From Nautiliaceae bacterium (GTDB taxonomy: Bacteria; Campylobacterota; Campylobacteria; Campylobacterales; Nautiliaceae), in the NCBI GenBank assembly GCA_039831155.1, contig JBDONT010000043.1, positions 1 to 64,000 on the forward strand: a stretch of 64,000 nt of DNA, given 5' to 3'. Below, in pieces: positions 29,362 through 41,660 of the stretch. The stretch's first letter is position 1. Each line of letters starts with the position of its first letter. The translations under genes and the position numbers were made by a program. The notes under the pieces are model-generated. The model had not been told where the DNA came from and did no database searches. It was given only the letters and a program-made list of their open reading frames with translations.

Positions 29362-30453
29362 ATGAATTGTAGTAGTTTTGGAAAATGTGGAAGTTGTGTT
29401 TTGTGGGAAATTCCTTATGAAAAACAACTTGAGATTAAAAAAGAGCGTTTAAAAGAGATGTTTAGTGATTTTGATATACCGGAAATTGAAGTAATAAACG
29501 GCGGTGATGAGTACTTTAGAGCAAGAGCTGAATTTAGGGTATGGCATGAGGGGGATAGAAGTTATTACGCTATGAGAAAGAGAAAAGAAGAAGGGCGTGG
29601 GGTAATTCCGATTGAAGAGTGTAAGATTGTGGATAAAGCTATTTATAATGTAATGGGACCACTTTTAAAAGAGATTGAAAAGAATGAAAATTTAAGATTT
29701 AAGCTTTATGAAATTGATTTTTTAAGCAATTCAAAAGGGGAGCTTATTGTTACCCTTATTTACCACAAAAAAGTGGATGAAAGCATTGCAGGAGATATTA
29801 GAAAATTAAAAGAAAAATTCCCTCAAATTGACTTTGTAATAAGACGCAAGGGTAGAAAATATGTTTTTGATAAAAACTATCTGATTGAAGATCTTGAAAT
29901 TGACGGTAAAACTTATAAATATAAAATAATAGAAAACACTTTTTCCCAGCCAAATAGAGAAATAAACAAAAAAATGATAAGCTGGGCTAAAAGATGGGCT
30001 GATGGTTTAAAAGGGGATCTGGTGGAGCTTTATTGTGGAAACGGAAATTTTACCATTCCTTTAAGTGAAAATTTCAGAAAAGTAATTGCCACCGAAATTA
30101 ATCCGGAATCAATTCAAGCTGCGACATATAACGCTGAAATTAACAATAGGGATAATATTTCGTTTATGGCTATGAGTGCGGCTGAATTTAGTGAACTTAA
30201 AAATAGTGGGTTTTTTAATTCGTATGACCTTAAAAATGTACTTATTGACCCACCAAGAGCAGGGCTTGATGATAAGTCTCGTAAATTTGTAAATGAGTTT
30301 GATAATATTATTTATATCTCTTGCAATCCAGAAACTCTTCATAGAGACCTTAAAACTTTAGCAAAAGATAGAAAAATAAAAGCTTTTGCCTTTTTTGACC
30401 AGTTTCCTTATACTAATCATATGGAGTGTGGGGTTGTGCTTGAAAAAATATAA
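29362..30453 (+). CDS. trmA: tRNA/tmRNA (uracil-5)-methyltransferase
   Basis: RARAEFRVWH, FSQPN, ELYCGNGNFT, DPPRAG, YISCNP, DQFPYT.H.E. Confidence 0.93.
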   Translation: MNCSSFGKCGSCVLWEIPYEKQLEIKKERLKEMFSDFDIPEIEVINGGDEYFRARAEFRVWHEGDRSYYAMRKRKEEGRGVIPIEECKIVDKAIYNVMGPLLKEIEKNENLRFKLYEIDFLSNSKGELIVTLIYHKKVDESIAGDIRKLKEKFPQIDFVIRRKGRKYVFDKNYLIEDLEIDGKTYKYKIIENTFSQPNREINKKMISWAKRWADGLKGDLVELYCGNGNFTIPLSENFRKVIATEINPESIQAATYNAEINNRDNISFMAMSAAEFSELKNSGFFNSYDLKNVLIDPPRAGLDDKSRKFVNEFDNIIYISCNPETLHRDLKTLAKDRKIKAFAFFDQFPYTNHMECGVVLEKI

Positions 30454-30516
30454 CTTTTTTTTAATGAAAATGACATATAAATTACGCTTAAAAAATTACA
30501 AAGGTTAAATTTTTAA

Positions 30517-30615
30517 ATGACTGAATTAAAAGATATTATAGGAGAGATTTTTTTGGTATTATTATTTTTAGGAATCTCAATAGGAGCTATAATAGCTGAA
30601 AAAATAAGGAAATAG
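30517..30615 (+). CDS. Candidate 32-aa single-pass membrane microprotein
   Basis: MTELKDIIGEIFLVLLFLGISIGAIIAEKIRK*; stop abuts the panE ATG. Confidence 0.45.
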   Translation: MTELKDIIGEIFLVLLFLGISIGAIIAEKIRK

Positions 30616-31443
30616 ATGAGGATTTTGATTATAGGAAGTGGGGGAGTTGGAGGCTATTTGGCTTATAAACTGATAGAGTGTGGAAAGGATGTTACTTTAA
30701 AAACAACTTCGAAAACTAAAAAATTTATTGATGAAAACGGATTGACGGTTATTGATGTTGATAAGGAGTATAAAGTTTATCCTAATACCAGTTTAATGGG
30801 TATTTATGATGTGGTGTTTGTTACTACGAAATCTTATCATTTGGATGAAGTTATAAAAGAGCTTCAAAAAATAGTAACAAAAGAGAGTATTGTAGTTCCT
30901 ATTTTAAACGGAATAGGGCATTTTGAAAAGTTTAAAAATTTAAATGCAAAAATTTTAAAAGCTTGTATTTATATACTTTCAAATAAGAAATCAATAGGAG
31001 TTATTCATAAAAAAACTCCTCTTTTTTATCTTTGTGTGGAAGATGACGAAAAGTTAAGAAGAGTGTTTGAGGGGTGTGATTTAAAGATAAAATTTTCTAA
31101 AGATATAGACAAAGAGATATGGAAAAAGTATCTTTTTATTGCTACGTTTGCAACGCTTCAAAGTTATTATCAAAAACCAACAGGTTGGGTAATAGAACAT
31201 AAAAAAGATGAAGTTGAAAAATTTTTGGATGAAGTTATAAAAATTGCAAAAGAAGAGGGGATTGATTTAGAAGATGAAAAAGAGAAAGTAATAAAACAGG
31301 CTTTAAATATTCCGTATGAAAGCAAAATGAGTATGCAGATAGATTTTGAAAATAAAAATAAAACCGAAGTTGAAAATATTACCGGCTTTTTGGCAAAAAA
31401 AAGTGAATTTATAAATCGGTTTTATAAGAAGTTAAATGAATAA
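30616..31443 (+). CDS. panE: Ketopantoate reductase family protein
   Basis: IIGSGGVGG, TKSY, ILNG, WKKY, SMQ.D, TEVE..G. Confidence 0.88.
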   Translation: MRILIIGSGGVGGYLAYKLIECGKDVTLKTTSKTKKFIDENGLTVIDVDKEYKVYPNTSLMGIYDVVFVTTKSYHLDEVIKELQKIVTKESIVVPILNGIGHFEKFKNLNAKILKACIYILSNKKSIGVIHKKTPLFYLCVEDDEKLRRVFEGCDLKIKFSKDIDKEIWKKYLFIATFATLQSYYQKPTGWVIEHKKDEVEKFLDEVIKIAKEEGIDLEDEKEKVIKQALNIPYESKMSMQIDFENKNKTEVENITGFLAKKSEFINRFYKKLNE

Positions 31444-31747
31444 AAAGTTTTTTATTTTGAAAAAGATAGCCAGAATATTTAAAGAGAATTTAAGGGAAAA
31501 AGATATTATCTGCAGATGGGGAGGTGAGGAGTTTGTTGTTATTTTACCTTATACGCCGGTAGATAAAGCAATTTACATAGCTCAAAAATTAAGAAAAGCA
31601 GTAAAAAACCATAATTTTGACGAAATAAAGGTTACTGTTTCTATTGGGGTTAGTATGTTTGAGGGGCTTTTGAAAAGACTTTTAAAAAAGCCGATGAACA
31701 TCTGTATAAAGCAAAAAATTCAGGAAGAGATACTGTTGTTTAGGTAA
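31436..31747 (+). pseudogene. Truncated, frameshifted GGDEF diguanylate cyclase
   Basis: RWGGEEF and TVSIG present; N-terminal DID.FK..ND..GH missing; ADEHLYKAKNSGRD continues in another frame after about 31665. Confidence 0.85.
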
Positions 31748-32109
31748 TTTTCTATTAGTTTTTTAGCTACAAGCGAATCTATCCTACCGTCTTTTTTATG
31801 CTTTATAACACCTTTTATCTCTTCTTTAACTTCTGCACTTGTATAGCTTTCATCTATAAAAACTATTTTGCCTTTGTAATCTAAAAGAGAAATAAAATGT
31901 TTTATTCTTCTTTGCATTTCTTCATTTGTCATAGGAAGTCCTACAACAAGGATATCAGCTTTATATTCTTTTATAATTTTCATCGTATCATTTGCAGCTT
32001 GGTTTCTGTTTTTTCTTATAACAGCTTTTAACGGTACTACAACACTTCCGTTTGAAAAGGCTAAACCTATTCTTTTTAAGCCTACGTCAATTCCAATAAT
32101 TCTTTCCAT
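31720..32109 (-). CDS. ruvX: RuvX/YqgF pre-16S rRNA nuclease
   Basis: IDVGLKRIGLA, VVGLP, DESYTS, IDSL.A. Confidence 0.93.
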   Translation of the reverse strand: MERIIGIDVGLKRIGLAFSNGSVVVPLKAVIRKNRNQAANDTMKIIKEYKADILVVGLPMTNEEMQRRIKHFISLLDYKGKIVFIDESYTSAEVKEEIKGVIKHKKDGRIDSLVAKKLIENYLNNSISS

Positions 32110-32576
32110 TTTAAAACCTTTTGATTTAGATTTATTCTTGCATTTAGAGGGCTTGGGCTTGTAAGGTATATTATTTTTAAGTCAGGAAAATATTTTTTCA
32201 TAACTTTTTGGGCAAGTCTGCTAGTTACTGCTATTTTTTTTATATTCGGATATTTTTTTAGAAGTTTTTTTATATCACAAGGTTCTATTATTTCTAGATT
32301 GTCGTCTCTTGAGTTGTTTTCTTTTCTTTTTGCTTTACATATCGTATCCCAAAGGGCGATTTTGTGCTTTTTTAAAAATTCTATCTTTTCTTTGATACTC
32401 GCAGGTTTTTTGTTTTGAAAAATTTCAGCTAGAATTTCCCAAAATTGATTTTTAGGGTGAGAGTAGTAAAAGTTGTTTTCAAAAGATTTAATAGACGGGA
32501 AAGTCCCTAAAATTAATATTTCACTCTCTTTAAAAACGATAGGTTCAAAAGGGTGGTTAAAAATAGACTTTTCCAT
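32082..32576 (-). CDS. Uracil/hypoxanthine-DNA glycosylase family protein
   Basis: HPFEP, LILGTFPS..S, YYSHPKNQFW, IALWD, L.SPSP.N. Confidence 0.85.
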   Translation of the reverse strand: MEKSIFNHPFEPIVFKESEILILGTFPSIKSFENNFYYSHPKNQFWEILAEIFQNKKPASIKEKIEFLKKHKIALWDTICKAKRKENNSRDDNLEIIEPCDIKKLLKKYPNIKKIAVTSRLAQKVMKKYFPDLKIIYLTSPSPLNARINLNQKVLKWKELLELT

Positions 32577-33252
32577 TTTTAATTTCAACCTTTCCTTCAA
32601 GTTCCATTTCATATAGAGTATTTCCGTATTTTTTAAGAGCTTCATTAAGAGTTAATATTTTTTCATTATTTTCTAATTCAAACTGCTTTAAAAACTCATC
32701 AATATCCCAAATAACTTCTGCCCCGTTTCTTGCCATATATCTGGTACCACTGCTTTCTGTAAGTCTTTGGGGAATTACAAAAACTTTTTTATTAAACTCT
32801 TTTGCCCATTTAAAACTATTCATACTGCCGGAATTTAAACTAGCTTCCGGAATTATTACAAATTCGCTCAAAGCTATAATAATTCTGTTTCTTTGTAAAA
32901 ATGTATGTTTATAGGGGGTAAAGTTTTTTTCGTATTCGCTGATTAAAAGAGCTTTTTCTTTTATCTCTTTTATGAGGTTTGCATTGCTTTTTGGGTATAT
33001 GACATCAATTGATGCGGGGGAGACTAGTATGGTATTTGGAAAAGCTGCTTTATGTGCACACGTATCGATACCCAATGCTCCACCACTTATAATAATGTAT
33101 TTTTTACTTAGGGCTTTTGCTAATATTTTGGTTATTTCTTTAGAGTATTTACTGGCTTTTCTAGTACCTACTATGGCTATTTTGGGTTTATTTAAAAGGT
33201 TTACATTACCCTCATAAAAAAGTTTGAAATTTTGATAGTTAATTGAGTTCAT
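32557..33252 (-). CDS. dprA: DNA-processing protein DprA
   Basis: IAIVGTR, ISGGALGID..AH, ISEY, F.QRNRII, SGS. Confidence 0.92.
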   Translation of the reverse strand: MNSINYQNFKLFYEGNVNLLNKPKIAIVGTRKASKYSKEITKILAKALSKKYIIISGGALGIDTCAHKAAFPNTILVSPASIDVIYPKSNANLIKEIKEKALLISEYEKNFTPYKHTFLQRNRIIIALSEFVIIPEASLNSGSMNSFKWAKEFNKKVFVIPQRLTESSGTRYMARNGAEVIWDIDEFLKQFELENNEKILTLNEALKKYGNTLYEMELEGKVEIKNGKVYF

Positions 33253-34180
33253 CTATATATACTACCTTTATGTTTTTTAGGATATCTTGGGAGTTTTTTA
33301 GGGTTTTTAGGGTTATGGTGTGAGGATGTCCTATTGCTATGGCGTAACCCCTTTTTTTAGCTATTCTTACAGCTTTTTTAAGTTGATTTCTTATATAACT
33401 CGGTTTTTTTTCATTATCAAGAAAAATATTTCTTGAATATAATGGAATATGGTAGATTTGGTTTACTATTTTTGATTTTGAGTGAGGTGTTGTTTTTGAA
33501 TCCACAAATCCTATATGTTCTATTTTTAAAGCTCTAAACAGCTTTATCATAGCTTTTTTGTCTGCAGTAAAAGTACTCCCGGTGTGATTGTTTAAAAATT
33601 TTGCATTCGGAAAATATGCTTTTACTTCTTTTATTCTGTCAAGGATTGTTTTAAAAGAATCGTTTATATGTAGGGTTTTTGGTTCGGGTCTATTAAAATG
33701 TATAGCTTCCATTGGCAAATGAATCATATAATGGTTAAACTCTTTTGCGTATAAAGGGGTGTTCGGGTGCCTTTTAGTAGGAGGAAAAAAGGATGGTGTA
33801 ATTTTAAAAGGAATTGATTTTATAAGTTTTACTTGATAAGCAAAAGAAACGTCATCTATAATAATTACAAGTTTTGGTTTTGAAGATGTTTTTACGGGTT
33901 TAATGGGAGGTGGCATTATAACTTTGGTGTTATTGGTTGTTTTTTGATAATCAAGTATTTCAGAAGGAATTTTGGTATTTAGAGAGTTTTCAAGAGAAGA
34001 GATTTTCTCTTGAAGGGTTTTTATGTTGTTTTGAGTTTTTGTGAGTTTTTTTTCGTAAGTTGTTTTTGAAAAAATTAAATATATTAAAACTCCGCTAAGT
34101 ATAAATATTATGCCGATTAAAGAATAGATAATAACTTTAAGTTTATCTAATTCTTTATTTTTTTTTAATTTTTTTTTCAT
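33239..34180 (-). CDS. Divergent polysaccharide deacetylase family protein
   Basis: IIIDD, HLPME, NNHTGS, DSKT, R.IFLDN, AIGHPH; N-terminal TM. Confidence 0.9.
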   Translation of the reverse strand: MKKKLKKNKELDKLKVIIYSLIGIIFILSGVLIYLIFSKTTYEKKLTKTQNNIKTLQEKISSLENSLNTKIPSEILDYQKTTNNTKVIMPPPIKPVKTSSKPKLVIIIDDVSFAYQVKLIKSIPFKITPSFFPPTKRHPNTPLYAKEFNHYMIHLPMEAIHFNRPEPKTLHINDSFKTILDRIKEVKAYFPNAKFLNNHTGSTFTADKKAMIKLFRALKIEHIGFVDSKTTPHSKSKIVNQIYHIPLYSRNIFLDNEKKPSYIRNQLKKAVRIAKKRGYAIAIGHPHTITLKTLKNSQDILKNIKVVYIDELN

Positions 34181-34410
34181 TTTGCTAAAATAATTTCAAC
34201 TTCTAATGTCTCAATATTTTGATTTGAATTTGTTTTTATATGAATGTCTTTTATGTCTAGATATTTTTTTACAACGTTAATTAAATCTTTTTTCATTTCA
34301 TCTAAATTTTCTATTTTTGTGTTTGCTCTTTCGTATGCGAGCATCATCATAAGTCTGTCTTTTGCTATATCTTTTGATTTTTTCTTTTTAAAAATATCAA
34401 ATAAACTCAT
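34177..34410 (-). CDS. minE: Cell division topological specificity factor
   Basis: SKDIAKDRL...ER, DL..VVKKY; follows minD. Confidence 0.93.
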   Translation of the reverse strand: MSLFDIFKKKKSKDIAKDRLMMMLAYERANTKIENLDEMKKDLINVVKKYLDIKDIHIKTNSNQNIETLEVEIILAK

Positions 34411-35216
34411 TTAAAAAGTCCTTTTAGTTTGCTAAGTAAGCCTTTTTTTGCTTTTAAGTCCAAAAACTCAACTTCTTCTCCTAAAATTCTTCTTGCAATT
34501 CTTCTAAACGCTTCTCCTACAAGAGAGTTTTCATCAAGTACTACCGGTTTACCCAAGTTTGTAGAATTTACTATATCTTCATCATCCGGTACCACTCCTA
34601 TTAAAGGAAGTGCCAGGATGTGGAGTACGTCTTCTGTTGATAACATTTGACCTTTTTCTACCAGTTCCGGTTTAATTCTATTGATAATGATATGTTTTAA
34701 AACTTCTTTGCCTTCTTGTGCTTTTTTACTTTTAGCGTCTATTATTCCTATAACTCTATCGGCATCTCTAACTGAAGATATTTCAGGGGTTGTTACTATT
34801 AAGGCTCTGTCCGCCAGATAAATAGAATGTTCAAATCCACTCTCAATTCCGGCAGGGGAATCGATTAAAATATAATCGAAATCTTTTTTAAGCTCTTCTA
34901 TCAGTTTTTCTACTTTATCTTTGTTTAATACGTTTTTATCTTTTGTTTGGCTTGCCGGAAGGAAGTGGAGGTTTTCCACTCTTTTATCTTTAATAATAGC
35001 TTGAGCTAAATTACAGTTACCTTCCATTACGTCTACTACGTCAAATACTATTCTGTTTTCAAGTCCAAGTATCATATCGAGGTTTCTAAGCCCTATATCA
35101 AAGTCTACCGCTATTACTTTTTTACCTTGTTTTGCAAGGGCAGTTGCTATGTTTGCAGTGGATGTTGATTTTCCAACTCCACCTTTTCCACTTGTTATTG
35201 TTATAACTTCACCCAA
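34407..35216 (-). CDS. minD: Septum site-determining ATPase
   Basis: [32 protein letters not shown]-terminal amphipathic helix. Confidence 0.97.
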   Translation of the reverse strand: MGEVITITSGKGGVGKSTSTANIATALAKQGKKVIAVDFDIGLRNLDMILGLENRIVFDVVDVMEGNCNLAQAIIKDKRVENLHFLPASQTKDKNVLNKDKVEKLIEELKKDFDYILIDSPAGIESGFEHSIYLADRALIVTTPEISSVRDADRVIGIIDAKSKKAQEGKEVLKHIIINRIKPELVEKGQMLSTEDVLHILALPLIGVVPDDEDIVNSTNLGKPVVLDENSLVGEAFRRIARRILGEEVEFLDLKAKKGLLSKLKGLFK

Positions 35217-35285
35217 AATTTCTCCTTTTTTGTAACTTATAAAATTTACCCCGTAAACTTTATAAGTCCCAAAAAGGGAAGAGAA

Positions 35286-36326
<1,041 letters not shown>

Positions 36327-36375
36327 TTATATCAAATAATTTGTTATAATTGATTTTTAATAAAGGAGGAGTTTT

Positions 36376-36921
36376 ATGAAAAAACTGTTTTTCGTTATAT
36401 TTTTGTCACATTTTTTGTTTGCCACCCAAGATTACTTGCAAAAAATGACTCTTTTACAACTTTTTAAAAAACAGTATTATTCTTATATTTGTCAGCAAAG
36501 ATGGAGATATATAAATAAGTACAATAATAAAAGAGAAGATTTGTTATCCCTTGTAGCTTATGCGTGTTTAAAAAAGAGATACTTGACACCGGCTTTAGAT
36601 TTAGCTAAAGTTTTAAAAGTGACAAAAGAGGGACGTAAAAATGCCACTTATATTACAATATTGTTTTTAATGAAGAAACTTATCATTCAAAAAATAGAAG
36701 ATAATTTGGATTTATCGGGAATAGTCTTACCTATTATTAGCGACAATAATTTGGGAAAAGTTTATAATTATATACAAAAAGGTAATTATCATACGGATGA
36801 TAAAGTTATTTTTATCGATGACGGTAATATTTCTTTTAAAGTTTGGATTAGTAATAATTTTAACGTTGTAGTTGAAAAATTTGAAAACAATCAATTAAAA
36901 AGTAGGGAGTTTTACTGGTGA
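36376..36921 (+). CDS. Exported hypothetical protein leading the pilB-pilC operon
   Basis: Signal peptide; strong AAGGAGG RBS; stop overlaps the next GTG. Confidence 0.65.
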   Translation: MKKLFFVIFLSHFLFATQDYLQKMTLLQLFKKQYYSYICQQRWRYINKYNNKREDLLSLVAYACLKKRYLTPALDLAKVLKVTKEGRKNATYITILFLMKKLIIQKIEDNLDLSGIVLPIISDNNLGKVYNYIQKGNYHTDDKVIFIDDGNISFKVWISNNFNVVVEKFENNQLKSREFYW

Positions 36922-38555
36922 AAATAGGAGAATTTTTTTTAAAAAACGGGATTATTAACGAAGAACAATTACAAAAGGTTTTGGAACATCAAAAAAAGCA
37001 TCCTTCTAAAAAGTTGGTTGATATTCTTTTTGAGTTCGGTTATATCACTAAGCAACAGTTTTTAGAGTTTTTATCTAAACAGATGGGAATTAGATATGTT
37101 GATAATCTTGATAACGTAAGATTAAGAGATATTAAAATTCCGGTAAATATTCTAAAACAGACGTTTTCGGTGCCTATCGAAGTAAAATATGATAAAGCCG
37201 TTATTGCGATGGCCGATCCGCTTGATTGGAACGCCCAGGCACTGATTAAAAGATTTTTTCAAGATAAAAATTTAGAAATAGTTTTAGGGTTTAAAGATGA
37301 TATAAAGAAAATAATAAAAAAAGTTGAAGATAGAGAGAAAATTAAAGAAATTTTAAACGATATTAAAAAAGAGCTTCACGGAGAAGAGATAAAAGGTGAC
37401 GAATCGGCTATTATGAGGCTTATCAAATATATATTGGTTTCTTCAATCGAAAGAAAAGCGAGTGATATTCATATAGAAGCGGATGAGGGTGAAGGTGAAG
37501 TTAGAATAAGGGTTTTTGGTACTTTATATGAATTTTTGGATTTTGACGAAGAGATTTTTTCAGCTATCAATTCAAGAATAAAGCTTTTAGCCGGACTTGA
37601 CGTTAGTGAAAAAAGAAAACCTCAAGACGGTGCCTTTTCTATGCAATTCGGGCCTAATAAGTTCGATTTTAGGGTATCAACCCTTCCTACTATTTGGGGA
37701 GAGAGTATAGTTATTAGGATTTTGGATAAAAGAAATATTTTAAAGAAAATCGATGAAATAGGTATTACTCAAAAAAATTTGCAACTTATAAAAAAATCTC
37801 TTTCTCAACCCAACGGAATTTTTCTTGTAACAGGACCTACCGGTAGTGGTAAATCCACAACCTTATACGCTTCTTTAAATGAAATAAACTCAACCGATAG
37901 AAAAATCATCACGGTAGAAGACCCGGTAGAATATAAATTAAAAGGTATCCAGCAAGTTCAGGTTAATCCAAAAGTTGGTCTTACGTTTGCCGGTGCCCTT
38001 AGAAGTATCTTAAGACAAGACCCCGATATTATTATGATTGGGGAGATTAGGGATAAAGAGACTTTAGAAATTGCGATTAAAGCTGCAATGACCGGACATT
38101 TGGTATTGTCGACATTGCATACGAATGATGCGGTTGCCGCTATTAACAGGATGATTGATATGGGAGTTGACCCTTTTTTGGTGGCGACCGCTTTAATAGG
38201 GGTTGAAGCTCAAAGACTTGTTAAAACAATCTGTCCTTATTGTAAAACAACTCATAAACCGGCCGATATTTATCTTGACCCTATTAAAAACCTAATTCCG
38301 AAAGATACGGTGTTTTATACCGGAAAAGGGTGTGAGAAGTGTAATATGACCGGTTTTGCCGGAAGGTCATTGATTACCGAAGTTTTTATGAAAGATGAAG
38401 AACTTGAATCTATGATTTCAAAAAACAAAGATAAATTGGAACTTTTAAAATATTTGAAAGAAAAAGGATTTAAGAATATGTTTTATGACGGACTTATTAA
38501 GGCGGTAAAAGGAGAAACGACTTTGGAAGAAGTGTATAGGGTGGCGAAGCTATGA
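36918..38555 (+). CDS. pilB: Type IV pilus/T2SS assembly ATPase (PilB/GspE)
   Basis: ASDIHIE, PQDG, GPTGSGKSTT, EDPVEY, LRQDPD..GEIRD, TLHTND, CxxC pairs. Confidence 0.9.
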   Translation: MKIGEFFLKNGIINEEQLQKVLEHQKKHPSKKLVDILFEFGYITKQQFLEFLSKQMGIRYVDNLDNVRLRDIKIPVNILKQTFSVPIEVKYDKAVIAMADPLDWNAQALIKRFFQDKNLEIVLGFKDDIKKIIKKVEDREKIKEILNDIKKELHGEEIKGDESAIMRLIKYILVSSIERKASDIHIEADEGEGEVRIRVFGTLYEFLDFDEEIFSAINSRIKLLAGLDVSEKRKPQDGAFSMQFGPNKFDFRVSTLPTIWGESIVIRILDKRNILKKIDEIGITQKNLQLIKKSLSQPNGIFLVTGPTGSGKSTTLYASLNEINSTDRKIITVEDPVEYKLKGIQQVQVNPKVGLTFAGALRSILRQDPDIIMIGEIRDKETLEIAIKAAMTGHLVLSTLHTNDAVAAINRMIDMGVDPFLVATALIGVEAQRLVKTICPYCKTTHKPADIYLDPIKNLIPKDTVFYTGKGCEKCNMTGFAGRSLITEVFMKDEELESMISKNKDKLELLKYLKEKGFKNMFYDGLIKAVKGETTLEEVYRVAKL

Positions 38556-39793
38556 AGTATTATAAAATTACTTTTTTGTATAAAGGGCAGCAGCAAGAGG
38601 TCATTATAAAAGCCTTAAATAAAGCGGAAGCGATTATAGACGGGAAAAAGATAAATAAAGGGCTTTTGGTAAAAGTTGAAGAAATTCCTATGCCTTTTGA
38701 GGAAAAAGTAAAAATTTTAAAAGATATTTTTAAATCTAAAATTATGAGAAAAAAATTAAATTACCCTTCTTATATTTCTTCTATTAGGCAACTTGCGGTT
38801 TTGATTAAAGCCGGTATTTCGTTAAAAGATTCTTTAGAGGATATAGCGAATAATACCGAAGACGAAATGATAAAAAAGCTTTTTTTAAAAGCGGCGGAAG
38901 CAATTGACAGTGGAAAATCATTATCGGATGTATTTGCCGAATATGAACAGTATGTAGGAGGAATTTCTCTTGCGATGATAAGACTCGGAGAACAAACCGG
39001 GGATTTGGTAATGGCTCTTGAGAGTCTTGCTAAAATTTTTGAAAATATGTATGAAAATAGAAAAAAAATGGTAAAAGCTTTACGTTATCCTATTTTTACG
39101 TTAATAGCTATTGCGGTTGCTTTTACGTTTTTGATTTTAATGGTCGTACCGAGGTTTAAATCTATTTTCGAACAATTACATGCTCAACTGCCTTTACCGA
39201 CCAGAATTCTTCTATTAATAGAAAAGATTTTATCTCAATACGGATTTGTGGTATTGGCGATAATTATTATTACTATTTTAGTGACGACGTTTTCTTATAA
39301 AACTTCTTATAATTTCAAACTCAAAATGGATAAAATTTTATTAAAAACTTATTTGATTAATAAAATTATAGAATACTCAACTCTTCATAGATTTTTAATG
39401 ACTATGGCGTCTTTACTTAGAAGCGGTATTCCTCTTGTGGATGCTTTAAAAATTAGTGAAGGTATTGTTGAGAATGAAGTATTGAAAAATAAAATTAAAG
39501 AGATAGTCAAAGGAATTAATCAGGGTAGAAGTTTTGCAGAGATGATAGAAGAGGTTGATTTGGTGAACTTCGTTGCAAAAAGAATGATTAGTGCGGGAGA
39601 GGAATCGGGAGAACTTGACAGTATGCTTCAAAGTGCGGCCGATTATTATGAAGATAGGTTTAAAGACGTTATTGAAAATATGCAAGCTTCCATAGAACCT
39701 ATTATGTTAACGGTAATAGGTGGTATTGTTTTATTATTGATGTTAGGAATTTTTATGCCGATGTGGGATTTGGCAAAAGCGGCTAAGGGTTGA
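38552..39793 (+). CDS. pilC: Type IV pilus/T2SS platform protein (PilC/GspF)
   Basis: RQLA.LIKAG, GEQTG, ALRYP, GEESGELD, IEP. Confidence 0.9.
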   Translation: MKYYKITFLYKGQQQEVIIKALNKAEAIIDGKKINKGLLVKVEEIPMPFEEKVKILKDIFKSKIMRKKLNYPSYISSIRQLAVLIKAGISLKDSLEDIANNTEDEMIKKLFLKAAEAIDSGKSLSDVFAEYEQYVGGISLAMIRLGEQTGDLVMALESLAKIFENMYENRKKMVKALRYPIFTLIAIAVAFTFLILMVVPRFKSIFEQLHAQLPLPTRILLLIEKILSQYGFVVLAIIIITILVTTFSYKTSYNFKLKMDKILLKTYLINKIIEYSTLHRFLMTMASLLRSGIPLVDALKISEGIVENEVLKNKIKEIVKGINQGRSFAEMIEEVDLVNFVAKRMISAGEESGELDSMLQSAADYYEDRFKDVIENMQASIEPIMLTVIGGIVLLLMLGIFMPMWDLAKAAKG

Positions 39794-40054
39794 TTTTTTT
39801 GTTTATTTTATAATTTTTATACTCTTTTTCCGCTTCTTCATACTCTTTTTTCAGTTTTTTGTACTCTATTCTTATGTTCATAATAGCAGCACTTACTCCC
39901 CAAAACACTCCAAGCCACAAAAGCCACCATTCATTAAACGTGTTTTTCATCCATATGCCAAGCCCGATTCCCATTAAAATAGCTACTACTACGGAAATGC
40001 CGAGTGAGAGCTTTTCAGCTCCCTCAACGGTTTTGCCAAGTTTTCCTTTTTTCA

Positions 40055-40055
<1 letters not shown>
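39783..40055 (-). CDS. AtpZ/AtpI-family small membrane protein
   Basis: LSLGISVVVAIL.GIG.G, two TM helices; downstream of hemL. Confidence 0.75.
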
Positions 40056-41317
<1,262 letters not shown>

Positions 41318-41368
41318 TCCTTTAATTTTATTTTAAATATGCTAAAATTATACAAAAAAAGGTTTGTA

Positions 41369-41650
41369 ATGAAAATAGATGAGAAATTGGTTCAAAGACT
41401 TGAAAATCTATCAATGGTGGAAATTGAAGATAAAGAAAAGATGGCAAAAGATTTAGCTGAAATTGTTGAGTTTGTAGAAATGCTTAACGAACTTGATACG
41501 AGTGAAATCGACGCTACGTTTTCAACTCTAAACAATCCTACTCCTTTAAGAGAAGATGAAGTTGTAGAGAATAATATAATCGAAGAGGTATTGTCTCACG
41601 CTCCAAAAGCAAAAGACGGATTCTTTATCGTTCCTAAAATTATAGAATAA
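41369..41650 (+). CDS. gatC: Asp/Glu-tRNA amidotransferase subunit C
   Basis: LRED, AP...GFFIVPKIIE; start reset to MKIDEKL. Confidence 0.92.
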   Translation: MKIDEKLVQRLENLSMVEIEDKEKMAKDLAEIVEFVEMLNELDTSEIDATFSTLNNPTPLREDEVVENNIIEEVLSHAPKAKDGFFIVPKIIE

Positions 41651-41660
41651 GGATTGAAAA

